64,000 bases of DNA, from positions 6,574,001-6,638,000 of the forward strand of contig CM075993.1 in assembly GCA_038087875.1 (NCBI GenBank), given 5' to 3'. The translations under genes and the position numbers were made by a program. This document shows positions 12,388 through 23,853 of the stretch, one piece after another. The DNA comes from Malacoraja senta. Its lineage: Eukaryota. The notes beneath the pieces are model-generated. The model searched no databases, was not told where the DNA came from, and saw only the letters and a program-made list of their open reading frames with translations. Numbering within the stretch: the stretch's first letter is position 1; each line of letters begins with the position of its first letter.

Positions 12388-13505
12388 TATCTATCTTTGT
12401 CTTAAAAATATCCATTGACACGGTCTCCACAGCCTTCTGTGGCAATGAATTCCACAGATTTACCACCCTCTGGCTAAAGAAATTCCTCCTCATCTCCTTC
12501 CTAAAGTAACGTCCTTTAATTTTGAGGCTACGATCTCTAGTCCTAGACTCTGCCACTAGTGGAAACATCCTCACCACATCCACTCTATCCAGGCTGCAGC
12601 TTATTTGTTGAACTCCAATTGAGGGAGAGATCACTGCGATCATTGTTTAAAGCAGAGATGCAGATTTGGGAAGGACACAGAGGGGTAATGGGCTTGCATG
12701 GGTACGATAGGCCGAATGACCTTTAGTGATGGTAATATTTACTACACGCTGAGGTTGGATGTCGAAACTGAAAGTGGTTGAGTCTGGATGGATGTAAAGT
12801 CTCAAATACTTATTTTAGTTTGGAGATACAGTGCAGAAACAGGCCCTTCGGCCCACCAAGTCCGCGCCAACCAGCGATCCCCGTACACTAGCACTATCCT
12901 ACACACTAGGAACAATTCACAATCTTTACTGAAGCCAATTAACCTTAAATCCTGTAGGTGTTTGGAGTTTGGGAGGAAACCAGAGCACATGGAGTAAACT
13001 CACGCAGGTCACGGGGAGAACGTACAAACTCCATAAAGGCAGCACCCGTGGTCAGGATCGAACCTGGGTCCCTGGCGCTGTAAGGCAGCAACTCTACTCC
13101 TGCGCCACCGTCCCGCCCTTAATCCCTTTATCTCTAAACTAAACTAAACTAGAGTCTGAAGAAGGATCCCAACCCGAAACAGTTGCTGCCTCACAGCACC
13201 AGAGATCCAGGTTCGATCCCGACTACGGGTGTTTGTCTGTACGGAGTTTGTACGTTCTCCCTGTGACCTGCGTGGGTTTTCTCTGAGATCTTCGGTTTCC
13301 TCCCACACTCCAATGACGTACAAGTTTGTAGGTCAATTGGCTTGGCATAAGTTTAAAATTGTCCCTGGTGTGTGTAGGATAGTGTTAATGAGCGGGGATC
13401 GCTGGTCCGCATGGACTCGGTGGGCCTGTTTCCTCGCTGTATCTCTAAAGTAAGCTAAGCTAAACTAAACTAAACTAAACTAAACTGAACTAAACTAAAG
13501 ATGCT

Positions 13506-16500
13506 AGGTACACAAAAAAGCTGGAGAAACTCAGCGGGTGCAGCAGCATCTATGGAGCGAAGGAAATAGGCAACGTTTCGGGCCGAAACCCTTCAGTCTG
13601 ATAGGGGGTGGGGGGAGGAGTGGAGAAGAAAGGAAAAAGGAGGAGGAGGAGGAGCCCGAGGGCTGAGGAAGAGGTAGGAAGAGAATTCAATGTTCATGCC
13701 ACCAGGATGCAGACTCCTCAAGCGGAATATGAGGTGCTGTTCCTCCAATTTCCGGTGTTGCTCGCTCAGGCCGTGGAGGAGGCCCAGGACAGAGAGGTCG
13801 GATACGGAATGGGAGGGGGAGCTGAAGTACTGAGCTACCGGGAGGTCAGGTTGGTTAGTGCGGACCGAGCGGAGGTGTTCGGCGAAACGATCGCCAAGCC
13901 TACGCTTGGTTTCATCGATATAGATCAGCTGACATCTCGAGCAGCGGATGCAATAGATGAGGTTGGAGGAGATGCAGGTGAACCTCTGTCGCACCTGGAA
14001 CGACTGCTTGGGTCCTTGAAAGGAGTCGAGGGGGGAGGTAAAGCGACAGGTGTAGCATCTCTTGCGGTTGCAAGGGAAAGTGCCTGGGGAAGGGGTGGCG
14101 GGAGGGAAGGGAAGAATTGACAAGGGAGTTACGGAGGGAGCGGTCTTTGCGGAAGGCAGACAGGGGGGGAGATGGGAAGATGTGGCGAGTGGTGGGGTCA
14201 CGTTGGAGGTGGCGAAACTGACGGAGGATCACTTGTTGTATGTGCCGGCTAGTGGGGTGAAAGGTGAGGACCAGGGGGACTCTGCCCTTGTTGCGAGTGG
14301 GGGAATGGGGAGAGAGAGCAGTGTTGCGGGGTATGGCAGTGACCCTGGTGCGAGCCTCATCTATAGTGGGGGAGGGGAACCCCCGTTCCCTGAAGAATGA
14401 GGACATTTGCGATGCCCTGGTATGGAACACCTCATCCTGGGAGCAGATAATAATAATAATAATAATAATAATATCTTTTATTGTCATTGCACGTCAGTGC
14501 AACGAGATTTAGTATGCAGCTCCACCGATGTACAGGAAAAGTAAAATAAATAAATAAGCAAGTTGAGTGACGTGACCATCCGAGGGAGACTGTCCAGGGG
14601 GGGTGGGTGGGGGGGCACTCAGCAGGGCCGGTTCAGAGCCGCTATAGCTCTTGGAATAAAGCTGTTTCTGAGTCTGGAGGTTCTGGCGTAGAAGGCCTTG
14701 TAACGTCTGCCGGAGGGAAGTAGTTCAAACAGTCCGTTACAAGGGTGTGATGAGTACTTATGGATGCTGACGGCCTTCCTGAGGCACCGTGTGTGGTAGA
14801 TGCCCTCCAAGGCTGGTAGCTCTGTCCCAATGATCCTCTGCGCTCTGTGGACGATGCGCTGAAGAGCTCTCCTCTCCGCCTCCGTGCAGCTGAGATACCA
14901 CACAGAGATGCCGTACGTTAATATGCTCTCTGTGGTGCAGCGGTAGAATGTTGTCAGCAGCTGTTGGGGCAGACCAGTCTTTTTTAATGTCCTCAGGAAG
15001 AACAGTCGTTGCTGTGCCTTCTTGACCAGCGCAGCGGTGTTGGTGGACCATGTGAGGTCCTCTGAAATGTGAGTGCCCAGAAACTTAAAGCTGGACACTC
15101 TCTCCACACTTTCCCCGTAAATGGAGATTGGGACGTATTCTCCATTATGGGACCTCCTGAAGTCAATAATCAGCTCCTTGGTCTTGGAGGTGTTTAGTGA
15201 CAAGTTGTTATGAGCGCACCAGTCCGCCAGGTTCTGCACCTCCGCTCTGTATTTTGTATCATAACCGTTGGTGATCAGCCCAATCACTGTTGTGTCGTCT
15301 GCAAACTTCACGATGGTGTTGGTGTCGAATGCAGGGACACAGTCGTGAGTGAAGAGGGAGTAGAGCATGGGGCTTAGTACACAGCCCTGTGGTGTGCCGG
15401 TGCTCAGGGTGATAGTGGAGGACAGGTGCGGGCCCAGTCTCACTGCCTGCGGTCGCTCCGTCAGAAAGTTCAGGATCCAATCGCATATCGGCGAGCTGAG
15501 GCCTAGCTGGTGGAGTTTGGTGGTGAACTTGGTGGGGATGACCGTATTGAATGCAGACCTATAGTCAATGAAGAGCATCCTCACATACGTGCCCTGTCTG
15601 TCCAGGTGAGTCAGGACAGTGTGAAGAGCCAGAGAGATGGCATCCTCTGTTGATCTATTTGCCCTGTATGCAAATTGATGGGAGTCCAGTGAGGCAGGGA
15701 TGCTGGATTTGATATGGGAGAGGACCAGCCTTTCGAAGCACTTCATTGGGATTGGAGTTAGGGCAACCGGACGGTAGTCGTTCAGGTTGGTGACTTTGGA
15801 CCTTTTCGGCACCGGCACTATGGTGGCTGTTTTCAGGCACTTGGGGACTGTTGCCAGAGATAGAGACAGATTGAAGATTCTCGTGAATACCTCCACCAGC
15901 TGTACAGCACAGTCCTTTAGTACCCTTCCCTGGACTCCATCTGGGCCTGCAGCCTTGCGTGGATTGATCCTACGCAGAGCGCACTGTACCTCCTGGGTGC
16001 TCAGTGTTAAGGCCTGTCCCTCCGCCATGGCCGGAGTTATTCCACTCCTGGTGGTGTTGCCAGTTTCGAAACGGGCAAAGAAGGTGTTTAGTTCGTTGGC
16101 CAGTGTGATATCACCGTGGGGGCAGGCGGGGCTGCTCTTGTAGTCGGTGATGTCCCTGACACCCTGCCACATGCTTCTGGTGTCCGCGGTGTTGAAGTGG
16201 TCTTCTACCCTTTGCCTGTGGACGTCTTTGGCCTTTTTTATGCCTCTGTTCAGGTTCGACCTGGCCGCACTGTAAGCAGAAGTGTCCCTGGATTTAAAGG
16301 CATTGTTGCATGCCCTTAGCATATCCTGAACCTCCTTGTTCATCCAGGGTTTCCGGTTTGGGAACATCTTTATTTGCTTGTCCACTGTGACAGTCTCCGC
16401 ACAGCAGTTGATGTAGGGGAGCACAGTGGATGTGTACTCCTCCAAGTCTAACTCTGTACCACTGGTAGCCTGTTGTGCAAACAGGTCCCAGTCGGTGCGA

Positions 16501-18474
16501 TCAAAGCAGTCCTGGAGTTGTAGGGTGGCGTCCTCGGGCCATATTTTGACCGTCTTTATTGCAGGTTTGGTCTTGCGGATGAGGGGTTTGTATGCAGGCA
16601 GTAGAAACAGTGAGAGGTGATCGGATTGTCCCAGGGATGGGCAGGGGAGAGCTCTGTATGCGTCCTTGATGTTGGTGTACACTTTATCCAACGTGTTTGA
16701 GCCCCTGGTAGGGCACTGGACATGCTGGTGGAATTTGCGGAGTGTGGCTCGTAGGTCGACCTGGTTAAAGTCCCCTGCAACAATGAAGGCACCGTCGGGG
16801 TGAGCATCCTGCTGCTTACTGATGGCCGGGTGCAGCTGTGCTAGCGCTAGGTTAGCATTAGCCTGTGGTGGGATGTATATGGCCATGATGATAACCACAG
16901 TAAACTCCCGAAGCAGGTAAAACAGCCTACATTTAAGCAGTAGGTATTCCAGGTCTGGGGAACAGTAGCTCTCTACTGCAGTGTGGTTGGTGCACCAGTC
17001 ATGTGGTGTAGACGGAGGAATTGGGAATAGGGGATGGAGTCCTTACAGGAAGCAGGGTGGGAGGACGAGTAGTCAAGATAGCCGTGGGAGTCAGTAGGTT
17101 CATAGTGGATGTCGGTCAGAAGTCTATCACCTGCGATGGAGATAGTGAGGTCAAGGAATGGTAGGGAAGTGTCGGAAATGGTTCAGGTGTATTTGAGTGC
17201 CGGATGGAAGTTGGTGGTGAAGCGGATGAAGTCAGTCAGTTGTGTGTGGGTGTAGGAGGTGGCACCAAAGCAGTCGTCGATGTAACGGAGGTAGAGGTCG
17301 GGGATGGGGCCCTGGTACGCTTCGAACAAGGATTGTTCGACATACCCGACAAAGAGGCAGGCGTATCTGGGGCCCATGCGCGTGCCTAGAGAATGGAATG
17401 CGCGGAGACATAGACACCTCAGACACTCTCCGTCGTCTCCGCGCATTCCATTCTCTAGGCCCCCATCCCCTCATCTTCACCATGGACGTCCAGTCACTCT
17501 ACACCTCCATCCCCCACCAGGATGGTCTCAAATCCCTTCGGTTCTTCCTCGACCGGAGGAGCTACCTATACCCGTCCACTGATACTCTCCTCTGCCTAGC
17601 GGAGTTGGTCCTTACCCTCAATAACTTCTCGTTTGACTCCTCTCATTTCCTCCAAATACAAGGCGTAGCTATGGGCACGTGCATGGGCCCGTCAGTTTCG
17701 CCACCTCCAACGTGACCCCACCACTCGCCACATCTTCCCATCTCCCCCCCTGGCTGCCTTCCGCAAAGACCGCTCCCTCCGTAACTCCCTTGTCAATTCT
17801 TCCCTTCCCTCCCCTCCCGCTCCACCCCTTCCCCGGGCACTTTCCCTTGCAACCGCAAGAGATGCTACACTTGTCGCTTTACCTCCCCCCTCGACTCCTT
17901 TCAAGTACCCAAGCAGTAATTCCAGGTGCGACAGAGGTTCACCTGCACCTCCTCCAACCTCATCTATTGCATCCGCTGCTCTAGATGTCAGCTGATCTAT
18001 ATCGGTGAGACCAAACATAGGCTTGGCGATCGTTTCGCCGAACACCTCCGCTCGGTCCGCACTAAACAACCTGACCTCGCGGTGGCTCAGCACTTCAACT
18101 CCCCCTCCCATTCCATATCCGACCTCTTTGTCCTGGGCCTCCTCCACGGCCAGAATGAGCAACGCCGGAAATTGGAGGAACAGCACCTCATATTCCGCTT
18201 GAGGAGTCTGCATCCTAGTGGCATGAACATTGAATTCTCACAATTCTGTTAACCCTTGCTGTCTCCTCCCCTTCCTACCTCTCCCTCCGCCCTTGGGCTT
18301 CTCCTCCTTTTTCCTTTCTTCTCCCCGCCTCCCCCCACCCCCTATCAGTCTGAAGAAGGGTTTCGGCCCGAAACGTTGCCTATCTCCTTCGCTCCATAGA
18401 TGCTGCTGCACCCGCTGAGTTTCTCCAGCTTATTTGTGTACCTTCGATTTTCCAGCATCTGCAGTTCCTTCTTT
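13506..18474. mobile_element. Penelope-like element insertion with inverted arms (minus arm 13506-14448 plus 17001-17384; plus arm 17410-18474), split by a Rex1 LINE
   Basis: RT motifs MDVQSLYTSIPH, GVAMGT and LRYIDD. GIY-YIG motif NLIYCIRC..C..IYIGET on both arms. Candidate 15-bp TSD taaactaaaga[t/a]gct at 13491-13505 and 18475-18489. Confidence 0.85.
14449..17000 (-). mobile_element. 5'-truncated Rex1/Babar-clade LINE with an uninterrupted ORF (partial APE endonuclease, RT, C-terminal domain)
   Basis: Track ORF 14619-16898 (759 aa), also open by eye to about 17000. Motifs AGDFN, SDH, KAAGPDG, NDYRPVALT, QFAYR.NRSTEDA, GTPQGCVLSP and KFADDT. (TAT)n tail. Interrupts the Penelope RT between gagcagat and gtggtgtagac. 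Confidence 0.9.
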
Positions 18475-18597
18475 TAAACTAAAGAAGCTGCCTGACTTGT
18501 TCAGTCCCTCCACCATTTTGTGTTTGCCTCAAGATTTCAGCATCTGCACTTCCTTTGGTCTCGTGCCAACTAACGATCTCTGTCTTCATCCTCCTAG

Positions 18598-18965
18598 CTG
18601 CGATGTCACGTTCCTCGGCCCCAAGGCCTCAATCCGATGAGACAGTTCTCCGCTTGCCCCTGAATGAAGACATCCCTGTGTACCTCTCCTGCCCGAAGCA
18701 ATCCTACCACGCAGATTACACGTGGAAGTTCAATGAGGGAGAGAAGGAGCTGCCCTGTTCCTCCAATGATGATAATTGTTTGCTCCTCATCAGACAATTT
18801 ACTGAAGATAAAGTTGGCTCGTACAAATGCTTTTCCAATGAAAGGGGCGTTGAAGAATTACATGCTAGTTACAACATTCAGGGCAACAGTGCCTCCACTG
18901 TATACGTGTCCAGTGTTGCTTTCTATTCTGTCTTGGTGATAGCCCTTTGTCAGGTTCTGCACTGA
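18598..18965 (+). CDS. SEMA7A: Semaphorin-7A-like, last coding exon: Ig-like domain plus C-terminal GPI-anchor signal
   Basis: Acceptor tcttcatcctcctag. The translation VYLSCPKQSYHADYTW...NCLLLIRQFT...GSYKCFSNE parallels the SEMA7A Ig domain (YLSCP..S.HA.Y.W...NC.L.I...G.Y.C). It is followed by a small-residue omega region (GNS), a hydrophobic tail with no cytoplasmic domain, and TGA at 18963-18965. Confidence 0.88.
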
Positions 18966-19029
18966 TTATAACTTCTGTTCCCCATGCAGGGTGAAAAAAA
19001 CAACATAGTTACCCCTTCCCCTTTCCCCT

Positions 19030-19720
19030 GCATGGTGGCGCAGCGTTCAAGTTGCTGCCTTGTAGCGCCAGAGACCTGTGTTCGATCTGTACAGACAGGC
19101 ACTGCCTGTACGGAGTTTGTACCTTCTCCCCGTCACCTGCGTGGGTTTTCTCCGAGGCCTTGTATAAGATGTTGGTGAGACCGCGTTTAGAATATTGTGT
19201 TCAGTTCTGGGCACCATGTTATGGGAAAGATATTGTCAAGCTTGAAAGGGTTCAGAAAAGATTTATGAAAATTTTGCCTGGACTAGAGGGTGTGAGCTAC
19301 AGGGAGAGGTTGAGTAGGCTGGGTATCTATTCCTTGGAGCATAGGAGGATGAGGGGAGATCTTATAGAGGTGTATAAAATCATGAGAGGAATAGATCGGT
19401 TAGACACACAGAGTATCTTGCCCGGAGTAGGGGAATCGAGGACCAGAGGATAGAGGTTCAAGGTGAAGGGGAAAAGATCAGAGGGGTAACTTTATCACAC
19501 AGAGGGTGGTCGGTGTATGGAACAAACTGCCAGAGGAGATAGTTGATGCAGGGACTATCCCATCGTTTAAGAAACAGTTGGACAGGTACATGGTTAGGAT
19601 AAAATTGTAGGAATATGGACCAAGCGTAGGCAGGTGGGACTAGGACTAGTCAGGAGGGACATGTTGGCCGGTGTGGGCAAGTTGGGCCGAAGGACCTGTT
19701 TCCACACTGTATTTACTATA
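19030..19720 (+). mobile_element. HE1-like SINE fragment fused to a CR1 3' fragment in the SEMA7A 3' UTR
   Basis: SINE head, then [17 protein letters not shown]...RGDLIEVYKI (CR1 ORF2 C-terminus) and the CR1 tail. Confidence 0.8.
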
Positions 19721-21010
19721 TGATATGACTATTACCACCTTCCAAGGGTATTGCGTTATCTCGAGCAACTTACCCTCGTGGCCATTTTGATTGATGAAAG
19801 TTGACCGACTATTCTACCTTGACTATTGGGGCGTTCCACGTTCCACGGTCCCCTCTACGCATGTCCAGCCACAGTAGTTTTCTCTCTGACACGATGCCTT
19901 AGATATTCCTGCTTTTAAATAGCTTTCTGCTCTCAAGCATTGGAAGAACTGCTTTTGAAATAGTGAATTAATACTTAATGCCGCCATTTACTGCTTCTGT
20001 GGGGAACAGAGAAATATCTCCAGGTTCCTCCCAATGTTCAACTTAACCCTGGAAGACACAGGGTTCAACCCCTGGGTGATGCACATACAGTCATAAGGAA
20101 TAGGAGTAGAATTAGGCCATTCGGCCCATCAAGTCTACTCCGCCATTCAATTATGGCTGATCTATCTCTCCCTGCTAACCCCATTCTCCTGCCTTCTCCC
20201 CACAACCCCTGATACTTGTACTAAACAAGAATCTGTCTGTCTGTCTGTCTATGTATCTCCCGATCTCTCTGCCTTAACATATCCATTGACTTGGGCTCTG
20301 CAGCCTTCTGTGGCAATGAACTCCACAGATTCACCACCCTCTGACTAAAGAGGTTCCTGCACATCTTTCTCAAGGTCCATCCTTTTGTTCTGAAGCTGTG
20401 CCCTCTGGTCTCAAACTCTCCCAAGAATGAATTCCACAGATTCACCACCAGGTATGGTTTGTGGAACGTTCAGTACATTCCAGGAACATATTTATTCAGA
20501 GAGACACAAGCGACAGCAGATGAGGGTTATCCTGAGCAAAAGTGGCCTAATTCTGCTCCTGGAAGTTACAAACATCGTTGGGACCAATTAGTCCTTTCGA
20601 AGGTTGGGACCATCTTCAGATACATTCCGATTGCCGCACACTTATTTATATTTCCTGAGCAACTTAATGCCTCATTAATTATGCATTGCATCATTGCACT
20701 TTATTGAAAGTTATTTTTGTTTGTAATTATTGTTCTCAGTTGTGCCTGGTGAGATGAAGCGCTGATTGTGATGTTTGTGTAGCATTGCTGTTCCTGCCCA
20801 AGTTTTGTTCTTGGTGGGACCTTGAGTCCAAAATGAAGTTTTTAAAAAAAGTTGCTGACGGCAACGGTGACGGCACTCTACACTGACGATGCTGACTGTG
20901 AATAGATGGTTAAAATCTTTACACAACGCACATTAACATCAACTGATTTTGATATATATTATGCTATTTTGTGGGGGGATGATTTCTGTGTGCTGTGCCT
21001 GTTAGTCCGT

Positions 21011-21280
21011 GTACAAGATGGCGGTCGGAGGGGAGAGTGGACGCTGGCGCGAATTGGTCGCCGCTGCTCTCTCCTCAAATTGTGTTTCTTATTTTCTTTT
21101 GGTGCTCTTGAAATTGAATTCTGTCCTTGATTTGTGTACTGTGGTGTTTTTATATTTAATTTATTCCGATTATGTGTTTTGTATTTTTTTGTTTGTTGTG
21201 ATTCTATGCATTGTAAGGTGTCCTTGGGTTTTAGAAAGGCGGCAGTAAATAAAATGATTATTATTATTATTATTATTATT
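21011..21280 (+). mobile_element. Short non-coding element with an L2-like 3' end
   Basis: Head caagatggcg, T-rich middle, 3' tgtaaggtgtccttggg..gaaaggcg..aataaa and a (TAT)n tail. Confidence 0.5.
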
Positions 21281-21298
21281 TATATTTGTACTGTGACC

Positions 21299-21304
21299 AA
21301 TAAA
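21299..21304 (+). promoter_or_regulatory. Candidate polyadenylation signal of the SEMA7A-like gene
   Basis: AATAAA in apparently unique sequence about 2.3 kb after the stop, followed by T-rich downstream sequence. Another AATAAA near 21248 lies inside an L2-like tail. Confidence 0.4.
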
Positions 21305-21500
21305 CGCTGATTATTCCCACAGTGAAATAAGCTTCAGTTTATTCACATTTCAATGGTTCTTTTATTATCAAGAGTCAAGAGTGTTTTATTGTCATGTGTC
21401 CCAGATAGAACAATGAGATACTTACTTGCTGCAGCACAACAGAATATGTAAACATAGTACACTGGAAACAATATGATAAACGAGAGAGAAAACATTTTCA

Positions 21501-21630
21501 GTGTGTATATATACACATAATAAATATAAATATATATATATACATGTGTGTGTGTATATATGTATATATATATTATATATATATTTATATATATTTATAT
21601 ATATATATATATTATATACACACACACATA
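21501..21630. repeat. (TA)n/(CA)n microsatellite
   Basis: Seen directly. Confidence 0.9.
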
Positions 21631-22817
21631 CTCAAAAAACAAACAATTACAGTGCAATAATAATAATAGTCTATTGTAGTTCATAGCTTATGAGGTTGTA
21701 GTGTTTAATAGTAAGATTAAACGAGAACTTACCAGTTTGAAGTTTGATCTTTATTTTATGAGGAGTTACGATGAGGGATTACGTGAATAGAAGCCCTCCA
21801 GCCCGCATGCGCGTCAATCTTCAAAGCAGCGGTGTGAAATCACAGATAACAGTTGTTGAACTGAATATAGTAAGATTCGAGAAACTAGAACTACCAGCTG
21901 ACCTTTATGAGAGAGGGTTAGGAGCGGAGGGCACGTAATCCCTCATCGTAACTCCTCATAAAATAAAGATCAAACTTCAAACTGGTAAGTTCTCGTTTAA
22001 TCTTACTATTAAAGCATGACATAATTGTAAACATGCTGATGCTTTTTAATGACGAAATGATAATCATAGTAACCCCATTCATCCAGGAGGAATTAAAAAC
22101 AGAACCTAAAAATAGAGTTGGCAAATACCCCCGGTCTGGTAATGGGTTTGTTATAATACATTGGAAAATTTGCTTGTTTGACCCTCCTGCAGCTGCTAGG
22201 ATGTGGTCCATCAAAACATCCATAACCCTCGCTGCTGATGTAGTTGCAGCCCTGGTGGAGAGAGATTTGAAAACATCAGTGTTCACTCCTGCACAAGCCA
22301 GAACCTGTTTTAAACACCTGGGGATGGTCTATACTGATACCTACATATGAGGTTTATTGTAACTAACAAACATTGCTAGTTCAGAGCCTCTAAGGCTCTT
22401 GGTGACATAATGACTGTTGTAGATGTGTGACCACACACACAACCAAAGGTCCATGGGGTATGCCATGAAACTAGTTTGAGACCTGACGCCCCCGGTCTAC
22501 TCTGCAAGACTAAGTCATGAACTTAAAGTATGATATTACTTGCAGATGTAACTATCCTGTTCATTCGTAGCTATGCAACGACTGGACCTATTGCGCTGAA
22601 CCCAGTGCCATGAGGATGACCACTTTGTAAGTGATTTTGACCGAGGACAGGGAGGTAGCTGGAGCCCACCGGCGACGCAGCGTCAGCAGGACATTAACAT
22701 CCCATCTCCGAGTACCTGGGCCTGGGGGAATTTGAGACGAGGATACCCTTCATAAATCTGGATATCAGAGGAAGTATGATGACAAGGCACTTCTGGCACA
22801 ATTTATAGCACTATAAC

Positions 22818-23853
22818 TAGCAATGTTACAAAATTTTGAGATTTTAAAAATAAAGTCTGCAATTTATCCCAGCAGATAAAGCATAAAAAGAAGTTTAATT
22901 TGACACTTAATTCACTTTCATATCTTCAGTATTAAAAATGTTATGGCCATTATCATACTCAGAAATTAGCATCTAGTTCCCTATTGCTTTTCCATTGACT
23001 TAACACAAAAGCTGTGATCGAGGACAGTTAAAAGCCCATAACTTTCTTAAAAATTATGATAACTGAAAGAAATTTTCAGTTATTATAGATTGAAGCATTC
23101 TGAAACAAATATGAAACAATCTTACTTCGAAGACATGAAAGTAAAGCATATAATTAGTTAACCTAATTGTAGCTAATTACAAAATTCAATTACTAGATCT
23201 AAACATCTATCAATTTCTTAAGAATAGATTAACATTTTTAAATAGCCTGTGTCCAAATAACACTCACACAATAATTCACAATATAACATAATTTTTAAAT
23301 CTAATTTTCATGAATTTACAGGCCTAATGGAAGAAATTGAATGTTTAATACCTGTAAATTAATGGGGATTTAAATCATCTTGTGAGTGAGGATTTCTGGA
23401 ACGCGATCTTTTGGAACGTTCATTTGCGGTGAATTTAACCCCATATTGGCATGAAAAATATTGCCGTTAATTCGGGGAATAAAATCACCATGTCGCATGA
23501 AAAAATGTGAATTAAAGGCTTCTTAAGAAGCACTTTTATACATTTAAAGAAACCACTTTCGTTTACCTGTCCCGTGTGTGAAATCCGTCCCCGTTATCGG
23601 CATTGACGCTTCAGGAGCTGATTTTAAAATTACTCTAGCGCTGACATTGACGATTTAATAAAAATAAAAAATACACAAATCGCCACTAGGAACGATTTGT
23701 CAGCCAAGGCTTGTACTCCAACAAAATATTAACCAGGACAAGGGAGGAGAAACCCGCGTTTTAACCCCGCCCCCCCTTAAAGGCGCCAAAATCGCGCACA
23801 CGGCCAGTGGCAGAATTACAGCGCGACTGAAGGTAAGTTTTGTAACATACCTA
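22818..23853. mobile_element. 1036-bp non-autonomous TIR DNA element inserted in the DIRS element
   Basis: 16-bp imperfect TIR tagcaatgttacaaaa / ttttgtaacataccta. Direct repeat ctataac at 22811-22817 and 23854-23860. AT-rich, with no ORF in the track. Confidence 0.75.
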
